A stretch of DNA of 64,000 nucleotides, from positions 87,517-151,516 of the forward strand of contig CAKKQC010000007.1 of assembly GCA_919901855.1 (NCBI GenBank), written 5' to 3'. The notes under the pieces were generated by a model. That model was not told where the DNA came from and did not search any database. It was given only the letters and a program-made list of their open reading frames with translations. This stretch comes from a bacterium (lineage in GTDB: Bacteria; Oederibacteriota; CAKKQC01). Shown one piece after another: positions 31,452 to 41,388 of this stretch; positions within the stretch are counted from its first letter, which is position 1; each line of letters starts with the position of its first letter. A program made the position numbers and the translations under genes.

Positions 31452-34400
31452 TTCGAGTAGAGGTTCTTGCGCGGGACGATGCCCTTCGGGATGGTGGGGC
31501 CGGACCAGCGCAGGTCGCACTGCGCCGTGTACGTGTTCTCGAAGAACTCCATCCAGATCTCGTAGACCTTCCCGGATTCCATGAACACGGTGCCTGAGTG
31601 CTCGCCCGGTCGCTGGTCGTGCCACTCGTTCACGATCTTCCTGCCGTCCACCCAGAGCCGGACGCCGTCGTCCGTGAACGTGTAGAACGTCCAGACGCCG
31701 GTCTCCTCGGCCCGTACCCGGCCGCGCCACCGGACGCTGAACTTCTCCGGCGGCACCGCGGGGTCCGGAGAGTTCTCGCCCCAGTTGAAGTTGATCTCGG
31801 GGTCGATGCGCCGGATCGAGTGCCCGGTGAGGTCCATGCGGTCGAAGTAATCGGCCCGGAGGCCGTCGCCCTCGGGCAGGACCATTAGCCGCGCGGGCGC
31901 CATCACGTTGGGCCTGGTGGCCCGGTCGCGCACGTTCTTGACGTCGAGCCGGCAGGTGCGATTCGCCGGCGGCGCGGTGGCCAGCTCGAGAGTCACGCTC
32001 CGGCCGTCCGTCGCGACCTTGAGGTCGCGGACCTGGAGGGGAGGATAAAAGGCGTAGTTCGGGGCGGACTTCGCGCTCGCCACCTCGACGGGCTCGGAGA
32101 AGCCCACGATCACGGAGGCCACCTGGTTCCCGGCGGTCGCGCGCTGGAGGAGGGCGGAGGTGGCCGCCGGCGCCGTCCGGTCCGGCTCCACGAAGAGCGT
32201 GGCTCCCCGGCTCTCGACGCCCCCGAAGGGGGAGTGCACGACGCAGGAGAAGACCGAGCCCGCCGCGTCGAGCGGCGTCACGGGGAGGTCGAGCTGGCGG
32301 CGGACCGCGCCGGGGATGTTCTGGCCGTTGTGCCGCCACTGGTACTCGAGGGGTCCCGTGCCGCCCGCGCGAATCGAGAACCGCGAGAGGGTTCCCTCGA
32401 CGGCCGTCGTCTCCCACGGCTGTTCGCGGATCACGGGAGACCTCGGCGTGCCGCCCCACGCGCCCCGCTGCGGCCCCATCTCGCACGCGAATACGGCGCC
32501 CTTCACGAGGTCGTCGAACCGGAGGTGCGGCGTGTTCGAGGGACGGCCGTTGAGCGTCGCCCACTGGATGTAGGGATGGAGCGGGCCGTTGCGGCCGGCG
32601 CGGATCGTGAGCGCCTTGCCCGGCCAGAACGCCGGGTCGAGCGCGACAGTCACCGCGTCGAACACGGGGGACCCGATTTCGTAGTCCCCCGAACCGGGGC
32701 AGACGGGGTAGAGCCCGATCATGGACCACACGATCCACCCCGAGGTCGCTCCCGTGTCGTCGTTCCCGGGCAGGCCCCGCGGGGTCGCCTTGAACGAGCT
32801 CGCCAGGGACTCGCGCACCAGCCGTTGCGTCCGCCACGCCTCGCCGTCGGCGTAGTCGAAGAGGTACGGCCAGGCGAAGTCCGGCTCGTTCCAGAGCGCG
32901 AAGTAGCCGGAGTCCACACACTCCTGGAGTTTCTCGGTGAACGCGTCCTGGTCGCCGTACAGGGCCATGAGGCCGGGCACGTCGTGCTGGACGAAAAACG
33001 CGTACTGCCAGGCGTTGCCCTCGACGTAACCCGGCCCGCCGGAGCCGGTCTGGTTCACGGCGGGGTCGAAGGGGCTGGACCACGATCCGTCCCGGTTCCT
33101 CGGCCGCAGGAATCCCGTTCCCGCGTCGAAGAGGTTGCGGTAGCATCGTGCCCGCTCGAGCAGGGGTTCGGCCTCGGCCTTCCCGAGGTCCAGGGCGAGC
33201 CGGCCCGCGTGCCAGTCGGCGAGCGCGTACTCGAGGGTCGTCGAGACGGAGCCCCAGACCGGTCCGGCGGCGGGGTCGTCCTCGGGGATGTAGCCGTGCT
33301 TGAGGAAGGCGTCGAAACCCGGTCGCACGGGGTTCGGGGTCGCCATCGCGTTCCGCCGGACCGCCTCCCACGCGGCGTCGCGGTCGAGCCCCTTCAGGCG
33401 CTTGAGCGCGGCGTCGGCCACCACGATGGTACCGGGGTCGCCGACCATGACCCCGGTCTCGTTGCCCGCGAGCTCCCACTTGGGCAGCCAGCCTCCGTCC
33501 ACGGCCATCTCGAGCATGGACTGGACCATCGCGAGCTGGCGCGCGGGGTAGGCAAGAGTAAGGAAGGGATGCACGGTCCGGTACGTGTCCCAGAGCGAGA
33601 AGACCGAGTACTGGGCGCGCCCCGTGATCTTCCGGGGGCCGGAGCCGCGGAAGCCCGGGTACTCGCCGTTCACGTCCGAGATCACGTTCGGGTGGATGAG
33701 CATGTGGTAGAGGGCGGTGTAGAAGATCTTCCGCTGGTCGGGGGTGCCGCCCTCCGCCCGGACGCGCGAGAGCTCGGTTTCCCACGCGGCCCGGGCCCGC
33801 AGCCGGGCCCCGGGGAAATCCCAGTCCGGCAGCTCGGCCGCGAGGTTGGCGCGGGCGTTCGCGATGCTCACGTACGAGATGCCGACCTTGACCATGATCG
33901 CCTCGCTCTTGGTCGTCGCCCAGGACATCAGGGCGCCGACCTTGGGCCCGCTGGCGTCGCCCGAGTTGAGCAGGGCGCCGTCGGACCAGACCTTCGCCGA
34001 ATCGGCGGGGCGCGAGAGGACGGCGGCGAAGTGGACCCGCTGGCGGCTGGAGGAGCCGCAGAACCCGCCGCTCTCGCTCCAGCCCGCGAGCTCGGTGGTG
34101 GAGACGATCCAGACCGCGCCGAGGTACGGGCTCGCACCCCCGCCGGGATCGGGGGAGAGCCGGGACCCCATGTCGAACAGGATGTTCGCGTCCCCGTGCG
34201 GGCGGGCCGGAAACGTGAACCGCGTGAACCCGGCCCGCTCGGTGGCCGTCGCCTCGACCGCCGTTCCCCACGTCGTAAGGTCGACGCGGTAGAAGCCCGG
34301 GGCCGCGCGTTCGTTGTCGAACTGCGACCGGTACCGGTCGGGCTCGAAGCCCGACGGGCCGATCGTGGCCATGAGGCGGATGTTCCCCAGGTCGGAGCAC

Positions 34401-34654
34401 CCGGCGCCGCTGATCTGGACGTGCCCGAAGCCGTAGAGGTACTTCCGGCCGTGGATGTAGCCGGAGGGGGCGGCGAGGTCCGTGTGGGGCGAAACCGAGA
34501 CCATGCCCCAGGGCACCTGCGCGCCCGGGTACGTGTTCCCGCCGCCCTCGGTCCCGATGAACGGATCGACGAGGTCGCAGAAGGATTCCGGCCGGGCGGG
34601 GGAACCCGCGCAGAGGGCGAGCAGCAGCGCGGCCCACGCCGGGTTCTTCAGCAT
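31448..34654 (-). CDS. GH92 alpha-1,2-mannosidase with Ig-like and PA14 domains
   Basis: VDPFIGT, GNTYPGAQVPWGMV, FSLWDTYRTVHP, YVEGNAWQY, PGNDDTG; C-terminal PA14 (FSVRWRG...DDGVRLWVDG). Confidence 0.9.
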   Translation of the reverse strand: MLKNPAWAALLLALCAGSPARPESFCDLVDPFIGTEGGGNTYPGAQVPWGMVSVSPHTDLAAPSGYIHGRKYLYGFGHVQISGAGCSDLGNIRLMATIGPSGFEPDRYRSQFDNERAAPGFYRVDLTTWGTAVEATATERAGFTRFTFPARPHGDANILFDMGSRLSPDPGGGASPYLGAVWIVSTTELAGWSESGGFCGSSSRQRVHFAAVLSRPADSAKVWSDGALLNSGDASGPKVGALMSWATTKSEAIMVKVGISYVSIANARANLAAELPDWDFPGARLRARAAWETELSRVRAEGGTPDQRKIFYTALYHMLIHPNVISDVNGEYPGFRGSGPRKITGRAQYSVFSLWDTYRTVHPFLTLAYPARQLAMVQSMLEMAVDGGWLPKWELAGNETGVMVGDPGTIVVADAALKRLKGLDRDAAWEAVRRNAMATPNPVRPGFDAFLKHGYIPEDDPAAGPVWGSVSTTLEYALADWHAGRLALDLGKAEAEPLLERARCYRNLFDAGTGFLRPRNRDGSWSSPFDPAVNQTGSGGPGYVEGNAWQYAFFVQHDVPGLMALYGDQDAFTEKLQECVDSGYFALWNEPDFAWPYLFDYADGEAWRTQRLVRESLASSFKATPRGLPGNDDTGATSGWIVWSMIGLYPVCPGSGDYEIGSPVFDAVTVALDPAFWPGKALTIRAGRNGPLHPYIQWATLNGRPSNTPHLRFDDLVKGAVFACEMGPQRGAWGGTPRSPVIREQPWETTAVEGTLSRFSIRAGGTGPLEYQWRHNGQNIPGAVRRQLDLPVTPLDAAGSVFSCVVHSPFGGVESRGATLFVEPDRTAPAATSALLQRATAGNQVASVIVGFSEPVEVASAKSAPNYAFYPPLQVRDLKVATDGRSVTLELATAPPANRTCRLDVKNVRDRATRPNVMAPARLMVLPEGDGLRADYFDRMDLTGHSIRRIDPEINFNWGENSPDPAVPPEKFSVRWRGRVRAEETGVWTFYTFTDDGVRLWVDGRKIVNEWHDQRPGEHSGTVFMESGKVYEIWMEFFENTYTAQCDLRWSGPTIPKGIVPRKNLYSK

Positions 34655-34703
34655 GTCCCTAGCCTATCATGCGGCTCGCCCGATTCCGGCGGGCGGTGGA
34701 GGT

Positions 34704-35150
34704 CTAGAGGCCGCGGACCCGGTCGCGGGAGAGGTGGTATGCCGTGGACTGCTGGATGAGCGTCGCGATGCCGGGATTCCTGAGGAGGACCGCGTCGAAG
34801 GCCTTGCGCGAGAGGCTGTAGAGCTCGCCATCCTCGTCGCCGATGATGGTCGCGGTGCGGGGTGTGTTCCCGAGGAGCGCGACCTCGCCGAAGTATGTCC
34901 GCGGCCCCATGGTGTTGATCCGCTGCTTCATCAGGAACCTGGACTTGAAGACTCCGACCTTGCCGGATGCCACGATGTAGAACCGGTCGCCCACCTCGCC
35001 CTGCCGGATGATGACGTCGCCCTTCCGGTACGTCTGCTTCTCCATGGCGTTCAGGAGCGCGTCGAGTTCCGCCATCTTTAGGTTCTGGAAGAACGAGATC
35101 CTCTGAAGCAGGACCCGGAAGTCCGCGAGTTCGGAGCTGGTCGGTTCCAT
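34704..35150 (-). CDS. Stand-alone cyclic-nucleotide-binding domain protein
   Basis: IIRQGEVGDRFYIVASG, YFGEVALL..PRTATI. Confidence 0.85.
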   Translation of the reverse strand: MEPTSSELADFRVLLQRISFFQNLKMAELDALLNAMEKQTYRKGDVIIRQGEVGDRFYIVASGKVGVFKSRFLMKQRINTMGPRTYFGEVALLGNTPRTATIIGDEDGELYSLSRKAFDAVLLRNPGIATLIQQSTAYHLSRDRVRGL

Positions 35151-35241
35151 GTCTTCGATATTGTAGGCCCAAATGTCCGCTGGGCCAAGGTGTTATACTA
35201 CCGCCCATGCCGGGCCCAGCGAGAGCGGCGATCCGCGCCCG

Positions 35242-38200
35242 ATGACCAATCAGCCCTCGGGCCGCGGACCCCACCCCCCTCCGGACGACTTCGACGGCAC
35301 CCTGCGGCAGACCGACGATGCCGTCGGGAAGACCCGCGATCTATCCGTTCCCACCGGGGTCGAACAGCAGGCTAACGCGCCGCGCATAGCGGGGTATGTG
35401 CTGACGGCCCTGCTGGGGCAGGGGGCATACGCGCAGGTGTGGCGGGCATGGCAAGTCAGGACGCGGAAGTGGGTGGCCATCAAATGCTTCCTGGCGCGCG
35501 GCGGGGTGAACTGGATGCTCCTCCAGCGGGAGATGGAGCGGCTGATCCGGCTGGACAAGCACCCGCACATCGTGTCCCTGCTGGATGCCGACCTCACTTC
35601 GGACCCAGCCTGGTATGCGCTCGATCTCCTGGAAGCCGGATCGCTGGACCAATACGTGGACCCCACGAAGCTCGTGGGCGTGGACCGGGCGGCGAAGTGG
35701 ATGGAGGAGGTGGCGGAGGCGCTCTCGTACGTGCACTCGAAGGGGATCATTCACTGCGACCTCAAGCCCGCGAACGTCCTGCTCGACGACATGGGGCATG
35801 CGCGGGTGGCGGACTTCGGGCAGTCGAAGGTGCTGAACGAGTCGTCGGGCGCCCTGGGGACGCTCTTCTACATGGCGCCCGAGCAGGCGATGATTTCACA
35901 CGGCGGGGCGGGCGTCCAGCCGGACGTGCGGTGGGACGTGTACGCGCTGGGGGCGAGCATGTACGCGGTGCTTACGGGGAAGGTACCGAACCTGGAAAGC
36001 CTGAAGGCGCGGCTGACGGCGAGTGCCGGGCTGGAGGAGCGTCTGAACGCGTACCGGGAGCTGACGCGGGGAGCCGTGCTCCAGTCGTCGCGGGCGGTGC
36101 GCGGCCCGGTGGTGGACGAGGACCTGTCCGCGATCGTGGGCAAGTGCCTGGCGTACGACCCGAACCGGCGGTACGACTCGATGGGGGCGGTTCTGGCGGA
36201 TCTCAAGGCGCGTCGCGAGTCGCGTCCGGTGACTCCCCTGGCGCATCGCCGCCTCTACCGCGTGCACAAGGCCCTGCGCAGGAACCGCGTTGCCAACGCC
36301 GTCGCCGCCGTTGGGATCGCGTGCTTGGCCGTGGCGTTTGCCGAGATCGCGAGCGAACGGGATGCGGTCAAGAGCCAGATGGGCCTCCTGTACGGCGAGC
36401 GGGGGCGGCGGATGGCGGAGGCGAGTGACGACGCGTCGGCGTTCCTCTTCTTCGCCCGGGCGTACGCCATCTGCGGGACCGATGTGGCCCGCGCCAACGC
36501 GGCCTCCTTCGCGCGCGCCTTCCCCCTGCCCCTCGGCGTCCTCGAAGCCTCCCGGCCCGTGACGGGCGTCTGCTTCAGTCCCGACGGGAAACGGGTCGCC
36601 GTGCTCGAGTTCAACCGGACCGTCCGGCTCTGGGACCCGGCCGCGATGGCCAGGATCGGCGCGCCCTTGGCGCACGCCTACTCCGTCCGCCGGATGGCGT
36701 TCAGCCCGGACGGCAGTCGGCTGGTGACGGCCGGCGCCGACGGGGTGGCGCGCGTCTGGGACGCGGAGACGGGTGCGGAACTGGGGGTGATCTTGCGGCA
36801 CGAGGACGAGGTCACGGAGGCCGTCTTCGGCCCGGCGGGATCGTGGATCATGACGTCCGGGCTGGACGGGGTCGTATCCCGCTGGGACGCGAAGACCGGC
36901 AAGCGGCTGGGCACGGTCCGCACCGGATCGGCCGTGCTCGCGCTGGCGCTGAGTCCGGACAGGGCGACGTTCGCGACTGGGGGTGCGGATCGGACCGCGC
37001 GGCTGTGGCGGGCCGGGGGCATGACGCCGGCGGGGCCCCCCCTGCGGCATCGCGCCGCAGTGGCGGGAGTGGCTTTCAGCCCGGATGGCGCGAACCTGCT
37101 GGCCTGGAGCGAGGACCAGATGGCCCGGCTCTGGTCGGCCGGCGGGGTGTCCAGGCGCGAGCAGGGAGGCGTGTCCCGAATCTTCGACCGGCCGTTCAGT
37201 CCCGACGGACGGCGGCTCATCCTGGCCATGGACGGCCGGACGCTCCAGCTCATGGACATGGCAACGTGGCGGGCCCTGCCGGGCGTGATGACCCACTCCG
37301 ATTGCGTGAACGCCGCCGCCTTCAGTCCGGACGGCGCACTAATCGCCACGGCCTCGTCGGACGGAACGGTGAAGTTGTGGGACGGGCGGACCGCCGAGCC
37401 CACCGGCCGGAGCCTCCAGCACGACGGCGACGTCTACGCGGTCGCGTTCAGCGGAGACGGGAGACTGATCGTGAGCGGGGGAGCGGACCTCACCGCCCGC
37501 CTCTGGGGCAGGCCCGAAGCGGGGTCGCACCGGACGGAGCTCGCATTGCGGACCGCGCTGACCGCGGCGGCGCTCTCTCCGGACGGGTCGCGCGTGGCGA
37601 CGGGGGAGACCGGCAAGGTGATCCGGGTCCTGGATGCCCGCACGGGAACGGTACTGTGGACCCGACCGGTGAAGGAGATTCCCTCGCGGCTGGCGCTCAG
37701 CGGGGACGGCCGGTGGGTCGGCGCCGTCGTCGGCGGGACCTTCGTGGTCTTCGATGCGGCCTCGTCGGGTCCCCCGAAGGCCATGGGACGCGTAGACGAG
37801 GCGGTTCCGCCGTGCCTCAGCCGGGACGGCGGCCGGGCCATGACCGTGGACGGCGGCCGGATCCGGCTTTGGAACGTCGCGACGGGCGCGGCGGCCGGCG
37901 ACTTCGGGGGTGCGGACCCGGTGACCGCGGCGGAGCTGGACGCGGACGGCGTCACCGTCGCCTACGGGACGAGGGGCGGCGAGGCGGGCGTCTGGAACAG
38001 CCGGGGGGGGAAGAGGCAGGAACGGGCGACGCCCGCGGCGGGCGCCGCCGCCGGGGAGGACCGCCGGGCTGACAACCCCGTCGGCGCGGTGGCCCTCAGT
38101 CCGGACGGGCTGACCCTGGTATCGGCCGGTGCCGACCAGGCTGTCCGGGTCCGGGACGCCGCGTCCGGGGAAGAGACCGGGGTCGTCGTCCGGCCCGGCG

Positions 38201-38586
38201 GGACCGTCGTGCGCCTCGCCTTCTCGCCGGACGGCCGGGCGTTCGTGACCGCCTGCGACGACGGCTGGATCAGGATCTGGCACACCGGCACCGGCGAACT
38301 GCTGGGGAAGCCGCTGCGGGCCGACGGCGCGGTCTCGGCCCTGGTCTGCGCCAGTCTGGGCGACGGCGTCGCGGTCGTCGCAGTCGACATGGAAGGAAGG
38401 ACGCGGGCGTGGGACGCCGGGTGGCTGGCCGCCGCCGAGCCGCCCGCGGAGATCACGCGCAACGCGAACCTGGCGACCTTCCGCCGTGTCGATGAACGGG
38501 GCAGTATTGTTCCGCTGGGGCCGGGCGAGTTGGAGGCACTCAAACAGGGGAGGCCGTCTTCGGCGGTCTCGAGGAGGCACAAGTGA
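35242..38586 (+). CDS. Ser/Thr protein kinase with WD40 repeats
   Basis: LGQGAYAQVW, VAIK, HCDLKPANVLL, DFG, YMAPE; FSPDG...VWD repeats; start chosen by alignment with the paralogue at 41389. Confidence 0.85.
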   Translation: MTNQPSGRGPHPPPDDFDGTLRQTDDAVGKTRDLSVPTGVEQQANAPRIAGYVLTALLGQGAYAQVWRAWQVRTRKWVAIKCFLARGGVNWMLLQREMERLIRLDKHPHIVSLLDADLTSDPAWYALDLLEAGSLDQYVDPTKLVGVDRAAKWMEEVAEALSYVHSKGIIHCDLKPANVLLDDMGHARVADFGQSKVLNESSGALGTLFYMAPEQAMISHGGAGVQPDVRWDVYALGASMYAVLTGKVPNLESLKARLTASAGLEERLNAYRELTRGAVLQSSRAVRGPVVDEDLSAIVGKCLAYDPNRRYDSMGAVLADLKARRESRPVTPLAHRRLYRVHKALRRNRVANAVAAVGIACLAVAFAEIASERDAVKSQMGLLYGERGRRMAEASDDASAFLFFARAYAICGTDVARANAASFARAFPLPLGVLEASRPVTGVCFSPDGKRVAVLEFNRTVRLWDPAAMARIGAPLAHAYSVRRMAFSPDGSRLVTAGADGVARVWDAETGAELGVILRHEDEVTEAVFGPAGSWIMTSGLDGVVSRWDAKTGKRLGTVRTGSAVLALALSPDRATFATGGADRTARLWRAGGMTPAGPPLRHRAAVAGVAFSPDGANLLAWSEDQMARLWSAGGVSRREQGGVSRIFDRPFSPDGRRLILAMDGRTLQLMDMATWRALPGVMTHSDCVNAAAFSPDGALIATASSDGTVKLWDGRTAEPTGRSLQHDGDVYAVAFSGDGRLIVSGGADLTARLWGRPEAGSHRTELALRTALTAAALSPDGSRVATGETGKVIRVLDARTGTVLWTRPVKEIPSRLALSGDGRWVGAVVGGTFVVFDAASSGPPKAMGRVDEAVPPCLSRDGGRAMTVDGGRIRLWNVATGAAAGDFGGADPVTAAELDADGVTVAYGTRGGEAGVWNSRGGKRQERATPAAGAAAGEDRRADNPVGAVALSPDGLTLVSAGADQAVRVRDAASGEETGVVVRPGGTVVRLAFSPDGRAFVTACDDGWIRIWHTGTGELLGKPLRADGAVSALVCASLGDGVAVVAVDMEGRTRAWDAGWLAAAEPPAEITRNANLATFRRVDERGSIVPLGPGELEALKQGRPSSAVSRRHK
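35281..36243 (+). repeat. Kinase-domain duplication, copy 1 (copy 2 at 41422-42384)
   Basis: Collinear ~960-bp match at a constant 6,141-bp offset, largely synonymous differences. Confidence 0.85.
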
Positions 38587-41381
38587 AGGGACTCAAGAGT
38601 TTTCTGGAGGATCTGGGGCGGGGCGCGGGCACTGCGGCGGCCTGGGGACTGTGGGCGGAGGCGAGCCGGGCGCTCTTCGTGCTTGTCGGGTTGGGACTGG
38701 TCGTCGCCACGGTGGACGTGTTCCTGTCCATCTTTTGGAGGTGCGTGCCGTGGGAGTATTTCCAACTGTGGTATAGGATCGCGGCTGTGACGGTGGATCC
38801 GACCCCGGAGCTCCTCGGGTTCGTCGTGATCGTGATTGCGGGAGCCTTCGCGGCCTCGCTCCTGTTCGGCGCGATCTCGCTGGTGATGGCCCGGGGCCGC
38901 GCGGAGCCGGCCGCAGGCAGAGATGCGCCTGCGGCGGGAGCCGACAGGATCGTGGCCGCTGCCCGGCCGCTCTACACCGCGCTGGGAGCGGCAGGGGCGG
39001 GGTACGTTTTCCTTTGGCAGGTCTGGGAGGATCTCAACCGGGCCAGTTGGAACTGGGAGGGGAGTTTCATCTATGTCGAGCGGTCGGCGTTTCCCCTGAG
39101 CCTGGTGCAGGCGGACCTCGTCATCCTGCTGGGGCTGGCCGTGATCCTGATCGGGCTCGCCTGGACCCTGCCGGCGCGAGTCGACCGGGTCTTTGCCCGC
39201 GAGTCCCGGGCCGGGGAATCCGGATTGTGGGTGACGGGACTCCTCCATCTGCTCCTGGCGGTTTCGCTCGTTCCGGCCGCACTGCTCGTCTGGTCCGTGG
39301 GTTTCTCCGCCAGCACGGTCCTGGGCTTCCTGGACGGACACTGGCTCAGGATGCTCCTGGTCGTGGGTTTGCTCGTGGTCCTGTTCGTCCGGATGACCGG
39401 ATGGCGGCGCAACTTCCTCTCGTTGTTTACGGCCCCCGCTGGGTCGAGACCGGCCGGCGCGACGCTGAAGACGATGCTCGTGCACATGGTGATCCTCACG
39501 GCGGCCGCGGTCGGGTGCTGGGTGCCGGTGCGCGTGTACTGGTCCCTGAAGCTCCACGGGCTCGAGGGATCCGTCCGGCAGAAGGGGCATCCCGTGAGCC
39601 TGGCGGATCTGCCCAGACCGGTGGAAGGCCGGGCGCTCACCCGGGACGAGCTGGTCAAGGTCGTGGCCGAGTTCGATCGCGAAGCCAGTACGCCGGCCGA
39701 ACAGATCAGGATGCTCCGTGAGCGTGCCAAGGGGGAGGCGCTGGACTCCTGGAGACTCAAGCTCGCCGGGGGTGCGCCGGGCGGGGCTGCCGTACCTCCG
39801 GAGGCCACTCCGGGATTCGACGACCGCGGGTGGGAGAACGTGAAGGTGGGGGACGGTCCACAGCCCCAATTGGAGGGTCGCTTCGGATGGGCGTGGTTCC
39901 GCACGACGGTCAACCTCACCCGCAAGGACCTGGACGGCGGGCTGACGAGGCTGACCTTCTGGGGTGTCGACGAGAACGCGGTCGTCTACGTGAACGGGTC
40001 GTTGGTGGGCGAGCACCGGAAGTGGGTTGAGCCGTTCCAACTGGACGGACGGAAGGTATTCCGTCCCGGTGCCAACGTGATTGCCGTGTGTGTCGAGAAC
40101 ACGCAGGGCCCGGGGGGCATCTGGAGGCCCGTCCAGGTCACGCGGGCGATCGACATGAAGGCTTGGGCTGTGGCCGGCAAGACGAAGAGTTACTGGGGGA
40201 CCGTCGAGGACATGTACCTGGCAAAGGTTGTGCTTCGGCGTCGGGACGGCGAAGCCCTGCGCCATGTCCGAGCCGCACTCGGCACGGCCGCCGGCCAGAG
40301 CCTGCAGCGCCTGGCCGGGGTTTCCGACGGGCGCGCATCTTACCGGGCATGGGACTACCCGAAGCTGGCGAAGGCGCCGTTCGACTACCGGATGGCGATC
40401 GATGCCACGTGGTACGGATACGGCACTCGCCGCACCCTCTCGGCGTTTGACCGGGCGATGGTCCTGAAGGCCGCCGTGGACGCCTCCGACGGCCGGATCG
40501 GGGCCGCGTGGGAGGACTTGCGGACGGTGGTCCGACTGGGCCGCCTGTTGGGCCAGGATCCGTTGTTCGTTTCGAAGTACGTGGAAAGGGACGCCATGCG
40601 GGCCGCGGCGGAAGGGGCCGTCACGATCCTCCTCAACAGCCCCGCGGCGGAGCTTCCCCGGGACTTGGCGCGCGATTTCGAGAACGCGGCGGCGACGGAC
40701 TTCTTCCCGGAGGCGGTCCGGGCATCCATCGCGTGGACGCTGGACGCGCATCGGTGGGAGCGCCGTGGGTGGGTACGGCCGAATCTTCCCGACAGCTACG
40801 GGGGAACAGGCAGGAGACCATCCGGGATCGCCCGGCTGGACCTGAGTCTCCGGTACCTGACGGGGGCGTGGGACGCCTCCGTGTGGTCGGCGCTCGGCGT
40901 CCTGCGCGAGTTCTCGTCCCCGGTGCCGGGCGGGGAGCTCGAGGCCAAGCGGACCGCGTTCCTGGCGCGGTCGAGGCGGGGCGGGTACTTCTGGCAGGGC
41001 GATTATGATCTCGGGAACGGGCTGTTCAAGGGTTACGTCTACATCTGCAAGCACGAATGGGTGGACAGGATGTGGTTCCAGTTGCCGCTCGTTTGCTCCG
41101 GTCTCAACCGGTACCGCGCCCAGAACGGCCGGTTTCCTGCCGCCCTCAAGGAGTTGAGTCCGCGGTTCGTCCCGGCCGTCTGTCTCAAGGACCCGTTCAC
41201 GAACGGGTGGCTGAGCTACGAGGCGAAAGGGAGCAGCTACCAGATCCTGAGCGACGGACCGGACGGGAACGGCTTCGTCTACTGGGACAGCAAGAACCAC
41301 ACCTGGCGCACAAAGGTCCTGGTCCAGTATCCGTTGCCTCCGGCGGTCAAGGGCGACATCAGGATCATGAGGGAGCAGTAG
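38583..41381 (+). CDS. Membrane protein with inserted galactose-binding-like (GH2 N-type) domain and GspG/pseudopilin-like C-terminus
   Basis: About 8 hydrophobic segments; FDDRGW...WFRTTV...VYVNG...GANVIAV...GGIWRPV; C-terminal YRAQNGRFPAALKEL...DPFT...ILSDGPDG. Confidence 0.65.
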   Translation: MKGLKSFLEDLGRGAGTAAAWGLWAEASRALFVLVGLGLVVATVDVFLSIFWRCVPWEYFQLWYRIAAVTVDPTPELLGFVVIVIAGAFAASLLFGAISLVMARGRAEPAAGRDAPAAGADRIVAAARPLYTALGAAGAGYVFLWQVWEDLNRASWNWEGSFIYVERSAFPLSLVQADLVILLGLAVILIGLAWTLPARVDRVFARESRAGESGLWVTGLLHLLLAVSLVPAALLVWSVGFSASTVLGFLDGHWLRMLLVVGLLVVLFVRMTGWRRNFLSLFTAPAGSRPAGATLKTMLVHMVILTAAAVGCWVPVRVYWSLKLHGLEGSVRQKGHPVSLADLPRPVEGRALTRDELVKVVAEFDREASTPAEQIRMLRERAKGEALDSWRLKLAGGAPGGAAVPPEATPGFDDRGWENVKVGDGPQPQLEGRFGWAWFRTTVNLTRKDLDGGLTRLTFWGVDENAVVYVNGSLVGEHRKWVEPFQLDGRKVFRPGANVIAVCVENTQGPGGIWRPVQVTRAIDMKAWAVAGKTKSYWGTVEDMYLAKVVLRRRDGEALRHVRAALGTAAGQSLQRLAGVSDGRASYRAWDYPKLAKAPFDYRMAIDATWYGYGTRRTLSAFDRAMVLKAAVDASDGRIGAAWEDLRTVVRLGRLLGQDPLFVSKYVERDAMRAAAEGAVTILLNSPAAELPRDLARDFENAAATDFFPEAVRASIAWTLDAHRWERRGWVRPNLPDSYGGTGRRPSGIARLDLSLRYLTGAWDASVWSALGVLREFSSPVPGGELEAKRTAFLARSRRGGYFWQGDYDLGNGLFKGYVYICKHEWVDRMWFQLPLVCSGLNRYRAQNGRFPAALKELSPRFVPAVCLKDPFTNGWLSYEAKGSSYQILSDGPDGNGFVYWDSKNHTWRTKVLVQYPLPPAVKGDIRIMREQ

Positions 41382-41388
41382 CGGAAGG

